Below, one piece after another: positions 18,686 through 26,867 of a DNA stretch of 37,057 nt. A program made the translations under genes and the position numbers. How positions within the stretch are numbered: position 1 is the stretch's first letter; the number at the start of each line of letters is the position of its first letter. Below the pieces are notes generated by a model, which was given only the letters and a program-made list of their open reading frames with translations, was not told where the DNA came from and did no database searches. Source of the stretch: a virus (Duplodnaviria > Heunggongvirae > Uroviricota > Caudoviricetes); the IMG/VR virus record IMGVR_UViG_2648501920_000014, positions 1 to 37,057 of that record; one strand, written 5' to 3'.

Positions 18686-19123
18686 TTAACCAGTTACTTT
18701 TGAGCGGATCGGGTACGGCGTATTGGCATCAACATCAAGATTGATACCCGCAGTGAATTTGCCAGCCGTTAGTGGGCCAGTTGCGACGGAGTAGTTAACA
18801 CGCAGATATCGCTGAACACCGGCAGGCACCTTTGCAGAAACAACTCGTTTACCTGCTGTCAGGGTAGCCTTTGCCAGTGCGCCACTATCATAAATAGTGG
18901 ACCATAAGCTGTTATTCTCACTCGTCTGCAACTGGATGTTTACAGTTGCCTCACCACTTGCCGTGGCGGCTTCGTTAACCAGCGCCCAAAACTCAAGCGG
19001 GTAACCCACGCCGATATCGCGACGATTTCCATCAATTGGACCTAGATCGATTACGTCAGTAGAAGCCGCGGTATCAGTTACCGCCTGTGCTTCGGAGAAC
19101 ATCAACAGTTTGTCGGTGATCAT
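18686..19123 (-). CDS. Hypothetical protein (145 aa), possible capsid decoration protein
   Basis: ATG at 19123; immediately downstream of the major capsid gene; function by position only. Confidence 0.4.
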   Translation of the reverse strand: MITDKLLMFSEAQAVTDTAASTDVIDLGPIDGNRRDIGVGYPLEFWALVNEAATASGEATVNIQLQTSENNSLWSTIYDSGALAKATLTAGKRVVSAKVPAGVQRYLRVNYSVATGPLTAGKFTAGINLDVDANTPYPIRSKVTG

Positions 19124-19174
19124 CTTCTTTCTCCATTAGTGGGTCTGTTACGACCCACTGGTTAATAACAGGCG

Positions 19175-20167
19175 TTACACCACACGGGCTTCTGTTTCCA
19201 GAAGCGCATCAGTTTCACGGATTGGTACACCACGGAATGAAGTCCACCACTCGCCTTCTGTCTCTTTTACGCTGATCGCCAGAGATGTTTTCTCCAGAGA
19301 TTGCAGATCAAGAGCCTGGCCTACAGTGCGGTTCATGTAGAACACCGGGCGACCCATTCCACGGTTTGGAATGCGATGCAGTGCTTTAACCATCAACTTC
19401 GCAATATTTGCGGCAGAGGAAGGTTCTGAAAGATTGCTGACATCGATGTTTGCAATGCGAACAACATAACGCCAGTCACGCAGAGCAAGTCCGTTGTCCC
19501 ATTTGTAATGGGTACGGTAGCCTTCGTACTTGCCGCCATTAGCATCTTCCAGTGTCACCTGGCCTTTATCTTCCATCTGAATGCCAGCCTTCTGCCCTTT
19601 CGGGAAGATGCCATGCACGGTGTTTTCGCCCCACACCACTAACCAGATTGAGGTGTTATCTGTGCCCGTGCCACCAGCATCAATGATGTTCTGAGCATTA
19701 CCTGCAGACAGGCTGGAATAGCGGGAGGACAGTCCCATAAACTGCTGAGGGTTAACGCTGGAATCACCATAAAACAGCGTCTGCGCCATCTGCTGATTCA
19801 TCGCTTCAATAAATGCGCGGTCTTCAGACAGGCGGAATTCGGCGGTATTGCCGTTCAGATCAGCCAGTGACTTATCGACTTCAGCATAGGTTTCCAGCAT
19901 GCCAACGGAATCGGTTACCTGCACTGTGGTTGATTTGCTTGGCTGTACGCCATAGTTCAGCAAACGCCAGGTAGCTGAAGGTAAACCAGAACGAATGGTG
20001 GTTCGGTGTCCGGTAGGAAGGTTCCCTTCGACAAAAGGCATATCCTGAAGGATCGGGTTAGTTTGACCGAGAAGCTCGATAATCTTATCGACTTTCCCGT
20101 TTGGATCGACGCGCTTACCCCAGTCAGCCAGCGTTAGCGCAGTTAAGCCTTTAACAGCCATTGTCAT
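19175..20167 (-). CDS. Major capsid protein (330 aa)
   Basis: ATG at 20167; position after portal and scaffold genes; size typical of podovirus capsid proteins. Confidence 0.65.
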   Translation of the reverse strand: MTMAVKGLTALTLADWGKRVDPNGKVDKIIELLGQTNPILQDMPFVEGNLPTGHRTTIRSGLPSATWRLLNYGVQPSKSTTVQVTDSVGMLETYAEVDKSLADLNGNTAEFRLSEDRAFIEAMNQQMAQTLFYGDSSVNPQQFMGLSSRYSSLSAGNAQNIIDAGGTGTDNTSIWLVVWGENTVHGIFPKGQKAGIQMEDKGQVTLEDANGGKYEGYRTHYKWDNGLALRDWRYVVRIANIDVSNLSEPSSAANIAKLMVKALHRIPNRGMGRPVFYMNRTVGQALDLQSLEKTSLAISVKETEGEWWTSFRGVPIRETDALLETEARVV

Positions 20168-20175
20168 TTCCTCTC

Positions 20176-20871
20176 TTATTTGCCATAGAGCACTTCGGCC
20201 GCACTACGCTGGCCTTCATTACCACCGGTGACCATGCCATCTTCAGACATCGCCTTTCCGATTTTCACGAACGTTTTGACCAGATCAGGGTGATTACCCA
20301 GCCCGGTGGTGTTCAGATATTCTTTGAGTTCAGGTGTCCCGAACTGGTCAAGCGCACGCTGTGCGGCGCTAAGGTTAGAAATCAACTTGTCGCCACCGAT
20401 TTCTTTGTCAGCTTTTACATCCGCAGCCCACTGCTCGGTTGTTTTCTGCCAGGCTTCTGCCTGGCGCTGCTGAACACCTGCCAGAATCTTCGGATAAGCA
20501 TCAACCAGCTTTTGCGCTTGCTCGTTGGTCAGGTTAAGTTCTCGCGCCACCGGCTCGAATTCCTTCAACGCTTCTGTATCCAGCTCTACGCCTTCGGCAG
20601 CCTGAAACTCGTACTTCTCAGGCGCACCCTCTGGTTTATCGCCGTCCTTTTTTTCATCCTGCTTATCGTTTTCAGGCTTTTTGTCATCAGCAGGTTTATC
20701 GCCATCAGCAACAGGTTGTGGCTTATCACCTTCCTGTTGTGATGGATCACCAACTGGAGCAGGGTTATCACCTGCAGGCGCTGACGGTTCTGACGCAGCC
20801 GGAGCTGCTCCACCATAGACTGGTTGCTCATTGCAAAGACGGCTATACAGCAAACGCTCAAATAAATTCAT
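20176..20871 (-). CDS. Scaffolding protein (acidic, Pro/Ala/Asp/Lys-rich)
   Basis: ATG at 20871 with AGGAG SD (track ORF starts at GTG 20877); low-complexity acidic N-terminal half and helical C-terminal half; between portal and capsid. Confidence 0.55.
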   Translation of the reverse strand: MNLFERLLYSRLCNEQPVYGGAAPAASEPSAPAGDNPAPVGDPSQQEGDKPQPVADGDKPADDKKPENDKQDEKKDGDKPEGAPEKYEFQAAEGVELDTEALKEFEPVARELNLTNEQAQKLVDAYPKILAGVQQRQAEAWQKTTEQWAADVKADKEIGGDKLISNLSAAQRALDQFGTPELKEYLNTTGLGNHPDLVKTFVKIGKAMSEDGMVTGGNEGQRSAAEVLYGK

Positions 20872-20873
20872 GA

Positions 20874-21170
20874 TCACTCCTGTTCACTGGCCTCTTTGGC
20901 CATCTTCAAATACTGTTCAGGGCAATGCGCCATAACGCGCTGAAACAGTTCCAGCGCCAGATTGCGTTGCCCCTCATTAAATGCCATTGCCATAGCGTCC
21001 ATCGGTGAGATAGCGGAAAACACACGGCCTTTCTCCAGCACCGACCAGACAACGCGACGCCCCTGTTCACTGCTCATGACAAAGCGAATGTCATCAATTT
21101 CACGCTGTGCCATGTCACGTTGCTTACGGGCGTTTTCTTCTTTCAGTTGATCGTCTTCGTAATCTGTCAT
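20874..21170 (-). CDS. Hypothetical protein (~98 aa)
   Basis: ATG at 21170 overlapping portal stop (ATGA); track ORF starts at GTG 21185. Confidence 0.45.
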   Translation of the reverse strand: MTDYEDDQLKEENARKQRDMAQREIDDIRFVMSSEQGRRVVWSVLEKGRVFSAISPMDAMAMAFNEGQRNLALELFQRVMAHCPEQYLKMAKEASEQE

Positions 21171-22846
21171 TGTGATTGCCCACACTGACCACTAACTGCA
21201 TTCGCCATAGCTGACAAAACACTCGGATCCGAAGTTTTAGCTTCGCTTAGCGTCTTGGCACCCTGTGCCGCCGCCATCCCCATCGCCATCATTTGTTGCT
21301 GCTGTTGTTGCTGTGCCCGTTGCTGGCGAGCCTGCTCAACCTGTTCCTGCGGAACAATGACGGTTGGAGACACTCCGGACATATCAGCGAATGCATCGAT
21401 CGCCTGATCAACGTTGAGTTTGTCGAGAGCTTCTGGTTTCGCTTGCGCAAGTTGACCAATGAAGTTAACCGTGGACGCCAGACTGGACAGGCCGATAGAC
21501 TTCTGCGCCTGAGCCATGACGGAAATGTATTCGACCTTCAGGGGCATACCTTCCATCGCGTCAGGCGGTGGCGGCAGCATGTTTTTACGCACCATCATCG
21601 AGAAAGCGCGGTCAATGAGAGGGTTAAGACATTCGTCGTTCAGACGCTCCAGAACCGGCCCCAACATCAGAAGTTTTTCTTCTTTCATTTCGATCACCGC
21701 TTCAACAGGCATCGAGCGGGTATTGATGTTCTGCAACATCATGAACAGATCGACAAAGTAGGCGCTGTTAATGATTTGACGAGTGTCCTGAATGTCTGCT
21801 ACCAGATCTGCTGTACTGGGGTTAACCAGATAAGCAGGCCTGAAACCATCCTGACCAGTAATCTGATCGATATACGTGATGTCGCCAGGAAGAAGGGAGG
21901 CGCGCTGATTCTTGAGGGAAGTCGGAGCAACCATCGGCGGATTGGTGGCTTTATCAATCAACTGCGACTTGCGCTTCTGGAGAAGCTGCAATGCCTTAAC
22001 AGGTCCAAGCGCCAGCATACCCGGGCATGATGATCCATAAACATCTTCGCCATTAACTTCCCAGCGCGGAGCCATAATTGGAAACTCATCAAATCCGGAC
22101 TCACGCAACAACTTGTCGTTATCGCCACCAACCTCGTAATAAACCGATTTGAATGGCTTGTTCTTGCTATCCAGCTTCGATGTATCGCGGTCAATGTTCG
22201 GGTAAACCGAATGCATCACGTCAATCCACTTCTCGTAGGTGCCGCTTTCCCACATGCTTTTTACGGATTCGCTGACGTTATTTAGCCCGAACTCCTGAAC
22301 AAGCTGACGAACAGTCATAGAGAACTTGCGAAAACAGGTGTCCACACTGCCACGAGGTGAGTTAGCAAGGTAGTAACTGCCTATCGGGAATGGCATTGTG
22401 CGAATGATGTCCTCGTCATCCTCCAGCACCGCCATTGCGCCAGTGCTGTATGTGCCGAGGCTTCCGTATAACTGCGGAAGAGACTGGTAGAGATTCGACT
22501 TATTGAACATATCGTTCATGCGGTTCTGCACCGCCTCGAGCCACAACTTAACAGGACCATAATCCATCATTTCAGGATCTGGCGTAGCCAGGCGAAACCA
22601 CGGACGCGCAGGGCTTGTGATGCCTGACATCATGCCGCTGGCGAGAGTGCGCGCCGCCATAGTCCCGGTCGAATCAATAATGCGTGTATTGCGTCGATCG
22701 TTACGGTTGACCTCAGAAGTCAGAAAGCGGGAACCACGCGGGTTGATGTAATCACTCAACTCGCGCCAGTGCGGCTCGAACGACTGACGCTCGCTTTCAA
22801 GTTGTGCGAACTGTTTGTTCAATCGCTCTTTAGTTGTTTCCGCCAT
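21167..22846 (-). CDS. Portal (head-to-tail connector) protein, 559 aa
   Basis: ATG at 22846 with GGAG SD; size and position next to terminase; Gln-rich C-terminal tail. Confidence 0.7.
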   Translation of the reverse strand: MAETTKERLNKQFAQLESERQSFEPHWRELSDYINPRGSRFLTSEVNRNDRRNTRIIDSTGTMAARTLASGMMSGITSPARPWFRLATPDPEMMDYGPVKLWLEAVQNRMNDMFNKSNLYQSLPQLYGSLGTYSTGAMAVLEDDEDIIRTMPFPIGSYYLANSPRGSVDTCFRKFSMTVRQLVQEFGLNNVSESVKSMWESGTYEKWIDVMHSVYPNIDRDTSKLDSKNKPFKSVYYEVGGDNDKLLRESGFDEFPIMAPRWEVNGEDVYGSSCPGMLALGPVKALQLLQKRKSQLIDKATNPPMVAPTSLKNQRASLLPGDITYIDQITGQDGFRPAYLVNPSTADLVADIQDTRQIINSAYFVDLFMMLQNINTRSMPVEAVIEMKEEKLLMLGPVLERLNDECLNPLIDRAFSMMVRKNMLPPPPDAMEGMPLKVEYISVMAQAQKSIGLSSLASTVNFIGQLAQAKPEALDKLNVDQAIDAFADMSGVSPTVIVPQEQVEQARQQRAQQQQQQQMMAMGMAAAQGAKTLSEAKTSDPSVLSAMANAVSGQCGQSQ

Positions 22847-22860
22847 TTCAATGACTCCGG

Positions 22861-23067
22861 TTACTGACCAAGCAGCGTTTTACCGCTGGTATTAGCGGTT
22901 GATGTGTCGCCCTGAGAACCGGTAAGCAGCGTAGAACTACGACCAGCAGCAGCGCGACGGCGACGTGTTTCTTCGTCGCGGGCATCAACAACGGCGGCAT
23001 CCTGCTCCTGTGGTGCTGCCTGAACTTCTGGTGTTGCAGGCACTGATGGTGAGCTACCCATGCACAT
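22861..23067 (-). CDS. Small acidic Ala-rich protein (68 aa), unknown
   Basis: ATG at 23067 preceded by the same GGAGTCATTGA leader as the portal gene; stop TAA at 22861-22863. Confidence 0.35.
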   Translation of the reverse strand: MCMGSSPSVPATPEVQAAPQEQDAAVVDARDEETRRRRAAAGRSSTLLTGSQGDTSTANTSGKTLLGQ

Positions 23068-23157
23068 ATCAATGACTCCGTACGCAATTAAATTATTACC
23101 AATTTAACCACATATGATTTATTTATCGTAGAAGGTTGACATTTAACGCGTGAATTA

Positions 23158-23172
23158 TTACCTTTCAGGTAA
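23158..23172. promoter_or_regulatory. Operator-like inverted repeat TTACC-TTTCA-GGTAA
   Basis: 15-bp dyad about 90 nt upstream of the 23067 start; a TTGACA hexamer lies at 23136-23141. Confidence 0.4.
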
Positions 23173-23494
23173 CCAAAGAGCTCATTCTGGTTACTAACCT
23201 GACTGGCTTGTCGTTAAATTAAACAGGTGGAGTGAGCTTTTATTTTGAGCAGTACGGCGTATGGCACATGCGCCGATAGCGGTCTGGATACGTTTAAGGG
23301 GCACCCTCCCTTGCTCGGGCAAACGAACCAGGTAGCCGGAATGTGCAAGTCGAGCGGTTTTATTCCGCGCACGGGGATTCACCATCCCGGCGATTCGGTG
23401 TGACGCCTCGGAAGAGACGAGGGTACAACGATGAGAGCATTTATGGAGCCGCGACAAAGTGTGGCGCCTTAACAGGCTAAGTGCTCTCAGCGTT

Positions 23495-23571
23495 GTGGCA
23501 TTAGCTCAGTCGGACAGAGCAACCGCCTTCTAAGCGGTTGGTCGCAGGTTCGAATCCTGCATGCCACGCCA
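23495..23571 (+). tRNA. tRNA-Arg (anticodon TCT, reads AGA)
   Basis: Cloverleaf read by hand: acceptor GTGGCAT/ATGCCAC, D-stem GCTC/GAGC, anticodon stem ACCGC/GCGGT with loop CTTCTAA, T-arm GCAGG-TTCGAAT-CCTGC, discriminator G, encoded CCA. Confidence 0.85.
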
Positions 23572-23614
23572 GAATCACGCCTAAGGACCGTGATGCCAGA
23601 AGTTCCAGGGGCTT

Positions 23615-23657
23615 GGCGGTGATGGTTTCCCTTGAAGGGCTATCACCGCCCTTTTTA
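23615..23657 (+). terminator. Rho-independent terminator downstream of the tRNA
   Basis: 9-bp stem GGCGGTGAT/ATCACCGCC with structured loop, followed by CTTTTT. Confidence 0.6.
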
Positions 23658-23734
23658 CAGCAGGACGCCATTGCGATGACTTCATGCTGTAAACCAGTAC
23701 AGCCACGGAAGGCATAACTCATTGCTTCCAGTTC

Positions 23735-23758
23735 GCCCGGTTCGCCGGGCATTTTTTT
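23735..23758 (+). terminator. Hairpin GCCCGG-TTCG-CCGGGC + T7 run (terminator or attenuator) immediately before the DUF2829-like gene
   Basis: 6-bp GC stem with TTCG tetraloop followed by ATTTTTTT; the SD AAGGTGA starts right after it. Confidence 0.45.
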
Positions 23759-23769
23759 AAGGTGAGATT

Positions 23770-24066
23770 ATGAGCGAAACATCAACAGTATCTTTCTCCA
23801 CTGCTTTGTCATCACTCAAAGATGGTAAGCGCATTGCACGTGCCGGATGGAATGGGAAAGGCATGTATCTGCAATTAGTTCAGCCACCGCAATCAGCCAC
23901 TCCGAATGATTGGCGCTATGACGTTACATGTGGTGACGAGTATACATTTGTACCTGGCGTTAAACTTCTACCGTGGATTGGGATGAAAACTGCTGACGGT
24001 TGCTTTGTACCGTGGCTGGCATCTCAAACCGATCTGCTATCTGATGACTGGATTGTAATTCAATAA
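23770..24066 (+). CDS. DUF2829-like small phage protein (98 aa)
   Basis: ATG at 23770 with AAGGTGA SD; motifs LKDGKRIARAGWNGKGMYL, PWIGMKTADG, PWLASQTDLLSDDW match the DUF2829 pattern from memory. Confidence 0.65.
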   Translation: MSETSTVSFSTALSSLKDGKRIARAGWNGKGMYLQLVQPPQSATPNDWRYDVTCGDEYTFVPGVKLLPWIGMKTADGCFVPWLASQTDLLSDDWIVIQ

Positions 24067-24070
24067 CACC

Positions 24071-24082
24071 GTGACATGTCAC
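24071..24082. repeat. 12-bp perfect palindrome GTGACATGTCAC (copy B), preceded by ATAACACC
   Basis: 5 nt after the DUF2829-like stop; flanking ATAACACC also present at copy C; followed by hairpin AGCCAGC-CTATGA-GCTGGCT. Confidence 0.5.
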
Positions 24083-24156
24083 AAACAGCCAGCCTATGAG
24101 CTGGCTTTGTTTTATCCTCATCAGAGGATATCAACGACATTATCCCCACCAGCGGA

Positions 24157-25632
24157 TTAAGCATAGGGATCGTAATCTGTGATGGCCTTGCCTTGCTGGT
24201 TCTGCTGCCCGGGAATTCGCAGACGCTTCGACACAGGGAACGCAAACGTCAGCAGTAGCGCATCGCCTTTACCAGGCGAACGCCCAAGCCGCTCCTTGAT
24301 ATCTTCCTTCGGTTCGATAACGATTTTACCGTCCACTCGAACTTTGTACTCTGCCGCCGACAGATCGTCCGCTGTTTCCTGGTCATCCAGCATCCCGCCC
24401 AGCCTCAGCCATGTCTTGCATGAGTTGAACATCTCCCCACGCTTGTTGAGCATCTGCTGGTCAGTAGACGCGCCACCGAACGGAACAAGTTGCCATGTGC
24501 GCCCCCAACCATCACCGATTGACTTCAGACCGGTACCGTAACCAAAGTCGATGAACACTGCGTCAGCCTGATACAGGTCTTCAAAGTCAGCGATACGCTT
24601 CGCCATAATCAGATCGTCGGTAGTCTTGTTGCCAGTCCACAGCACCTTACTGTGTAGCCCCTGCCGCAGGTATATCACCGCGTCATCAACGCCTGAATAT
24701 GCCGGGTCAACACCGATTATCACCGGAGCATGCGCCACCTGCGCAGCGGTTACCACCCGTTTCATTGCCTCATCAGTAAGACCGGTAGGGATAAACTGCA
24801 ATTCAGATGCATCAGGGAATATGCCGCGCACACGGATTTTAACGAAGTCGCTGTCTTCCCCGTAGTCATCAACCCATTTCTGCAACTGCTGTTTGTTAGT
24901 GCCTTCCACCGTCCGGCTGTCAATCTGCGCAGTTTTCCAGCGGTGTTTATATTTGCGGAAACATTCACGGAATCGCCCGGTATTACGCGTCGGGTTTCCG
25001 AACGCCACCCAGATAATCTCAGTGTCTTCGTCAGTTAGCGCACCTTCGGCAACTTCCCACACCAGATCCGCAATGTTCGACGCTTCATCGAATACCACGA
25101 TGATGCGTTTGCGCTCGTTGTGTAGTCCGGCGAATGCCTCAGTGTTGTGCTCAGACCAGGGGATTGCGTCAGCTCGCCACCGCTTGTCGTGCCCAGGATC
25201 ATTGCTGTACATCGCGGTAGCGGTACAGGTAAACCAGTCTTTCGTGATAGCAAGGTTCGACCACTTGATAATTTCCGGCCAGGTCTTCGTTCGTAGCTGG
25301 TTGTCGGTGTTGGCGGTCACCACGACCTTACAATCCTCGCAAGTGGACATGCCCCAGTTGATCAGCATTGAGATGAATGCGGATTTACCAATACCGTGAC
25401 CAGAAGCACGTGCCAGCATAAGCGGCTGATATCGCGTCTCTGGATTCTGCAGGTGATCACGTATCTCTCGGAACGCATCGGCCTGCCACTGACGTGGACC
25501 GGTGGCATGTGCCAGTTCAGTACCCTCTTCCCCCCACGGGAACGCATAGAGGGCATAGCCAAGCGGATCGTGAGTGAACCCTGCAATATCCTCGATCAAC
25601 TGCTCTTCAGGAGATAACGCTGTATCTGTCAC
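24157..25632 (-). CDS. Terminase large subunit
   Basis: GTG start at 25632 overlapping terS stop (GTGA); Walker A-like GHGIGKS; 491 aa with ATPase then nuclease layout. Confidence 0.85.
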   Translation of the reverse strand: MTDTALSPEEQLIEDIAGFTHDPLGYALYAFPWGEEGTELAHATGPRQWQADAFREIRDHLQNPETRYQPLMLARASGHGIGKSAFISMLINWGMSTCEDCKVVVTANTDNQLRTKTWPEIIKWSNLAITKDWFTCTATAMYSNDPGHDKRWRADAIPWSEHNTEAFAGLHNERKRIIVVFDEASNIADLVWEVAEGALTDEDTEIIWVAFGNPTRNTGRFRECFRKYKHRWKTAQIDSRTVEGTNKQQLQKWVDDYGEDSDFVKIRVRGIFPDASELQFIPTGLTDEAMKRVVTAAQVAHAPVIIGVDPAYSGVDDAVIYLRQGLHSKVLWTGNKTTDDLIMAKRIADFEDLYQADAVFIDFGYGTGLKSIGDGWGRTWQLVPFGGASTDQQMLNKRGEMFNSCKTWLRLGGMLDDQETADDLSAAEYKVRVDGKIVIEPKEDIKERLGRSPGKGDALLLTFAFPVSKRLRIPGQQNQQGKAITDYDPYA

Positions 25633-26225
25633 TGATTACCATCCTGACGTTCTTTGAGTCGCTTCCTGGCTGCCGCTATGCGATCAGCGATTGTCACATT
25701 CACATTAACATCCATGCGTTCTTTGAACGCGTTGACGTCGACGTGCTTACCAATCAGTTCGAGGTTCTTCACCTTGTCAGGCCATTTAATTTTTTTGAGG
25801 ATTGTCTCTATCGAATCCTCGTTCATGTTCATGATGGTCGATGACAGATCAAAGCCACTAAGCGTAGTGCGCCAGATTTTCGGCCACTCGCGGATTGGCT
25901 TAAGGCTCCCATCGTCGTTGAGGATATCAATCACGTCCATCTGGTCGATCTCCACCAGGCGCATGAGAACGTAATCAGCACTGACACGCATTCGTTTGTT
26001 GCGCTCTTCCATCAACTCGGCAATCCGTTTTTGAATGCGTTCATCGCGCATCATGACACTGGCTTTAACTGCCGCTGTATTTGGGGAGAATCCTGCGTTA
26101 ATCGCTGCCTGAGTCTGGTTTTCAGGCGTTTTGATGTATGACTGACAATAAGCCTCCTGCATTGCTGTGAGCGGCTTAAATTGCGTTGATTTGCGTTTAT
26201 AGGTTTTAGGTTCAGCAGGCATCAT
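25629..26225 (-). CDS. Terminase small subunit
   Basis: ATG at 26225 (track ORF extends to TTG 26303); HTH-like segment TAMQEAYCQSYIKTPENQTQAAINAGFS; directly upstream of terL. Confidence 0.6.
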   Translation of the reverse strand: MMPAEPKTYKRKSTQFKPLTAMQEAYCQSYIKTPENQTQAAINAGFSPNTAAVKASVMMRDERIQKRIAELMEERNKRMRVSADYVLMRLVEIDQMDVIDILNDDGSLKPIREWPKIWRTTLSGFDLSSTIMNMNEDSIETILKKIKWPDKVKNLELIGKHVDVNAFKERMDVNVNVTIADRIAAARKRLKERQDGNQ

Positions 26226-26257
26226 AACCACCGTGGTAATAGTTACCGTTGTGGTAA
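26225..26257. promoter_or_regulatory. Two adjacent operator-like repeats (TAACC-ACCGT-GGTAA and TTACC-GTTGT-GGTAA) at the terS start
   Basis: Sites at 26225-26239 and 26243-26257, overlapping the terS start codon and its SD. Confidence 0.4.
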
Positions 26258-26299
26258 TAGTACCATGCAAAATAAAGCCGCCATAGTTGGCGGCAGTAT

Positions 26300-26512
26300 T
26301 CAAAGCCCATCAAATTCATCGTAAAAACTCTCGTCAAGATACCCTTCCCATTTACCGCGAATGAAAATTACATCCTCGCCGCAAGGGTGCTGACTGTCGA
26401 TAACTATATCCCTCCTGGAGCAACCATACTTATGCATGAGAAATTTAATCTCTTTCGGAAAATTTGCTGAGTTATCTCTCATATCTTCAAGGTCGTAGCG
26501 TATTTTTGGCAT
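26300..26512 (-). CDS. Hypothetical protein (70 aa)
   Basis: ATG at 26512 with AAGGTG SD (track ORF starts at GTG 26533 inside the palindrome); stop TGA 26300-26302. Confidence 0.45.
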   Translation of the reverse strand: MPKIRYDLEDMRDNSANFPKEIKFLMHKYGCSRRDIVIDSQHPCGEDVIFIRGKWEGYLDESFYDEFDGL

Positions 26513-26521
26513 AACACCTTC

Positions 26522-26533
26522 GTGACATGTCAC
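26522..26533. repeat. 12-bp perfect palindrome GTGACATGTCAC (copy C), with ATAACACC nearby
   Basis: 10 nt upstream of ATG 26512 on the minus strand; shares the GGTGTTAT flank with copy B. Confidence 0.5.
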
Positions 26534-26670
26534 ACTATTAATTTCGTTTCATGCCAGCCTTTAGTCACCCAGCATTGCGAGTCACCATTACACGGGCATG
26601 AATTAACGGGAACTCTCTCGCCGCACTTACCGCAACGTTTTCTGCTGATCGATTTTATACGCCCGTGCAC
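26530..26670 (-). CDS. Possible small zinc-ribbon protein (46 aa, GTG start), or -1 frame extension of the upstream 55-aa ORF
   Basis: Hand-translated: VHGRIKSISRKRCGKCGERVPVNSCPCNGDSQCWVTKGWHETKLIV, with CxxC...CxC...C spacing; no ATG in frame; stop TGA overlaps palindrome C. Confidence 0.25.
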   Translation of the reverse strand: MHGRIKSISRKRCGKCGERVPVNSCPCNGDSQCWVTKGWHETKLIV

Positions 26671-26699
26671 GCGTGCATCATCCTGGCGGATCAGTAACG

Positions 26700-26867
26700 C
26701 TATATACTCACCAAATTCGTAAGGCGCACGCCCGGGCGACGCGCGGCACAGTTACGCTCAAGCATTTCAATTTCCTGAGCATCAAGCACAATTTCCAGCT
26801 TACGCACACCAGATGCAGCTTGTCTGGATCTCTGAGCGGCTTTGCGCTCTGCTGCTGATTTAGCCAT
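26700..26867 (-). CDS. Small basic protein (55 aa), unknown
   Basis: ATG at 26867 overlapping the upstream gene end (GATGGCTAA); stop TAG 26700-26702; below track cutoff, hand-translated. Confidence 0.35.
   Translation of the reverse strand: MAKSAAERKAAQRSRQAASGVRKLEIVLDAQEIEMLERNCAARRPGVRLTNLVSI

Noticed and set aside
23194-23752. Minus-strand ORFs of 87 and 83 aa
   Set aside because: One overlaps the tRNA-Arg gene on the opposite strand, the other covers the GC-rich structured region; Arg-rich, no SD.
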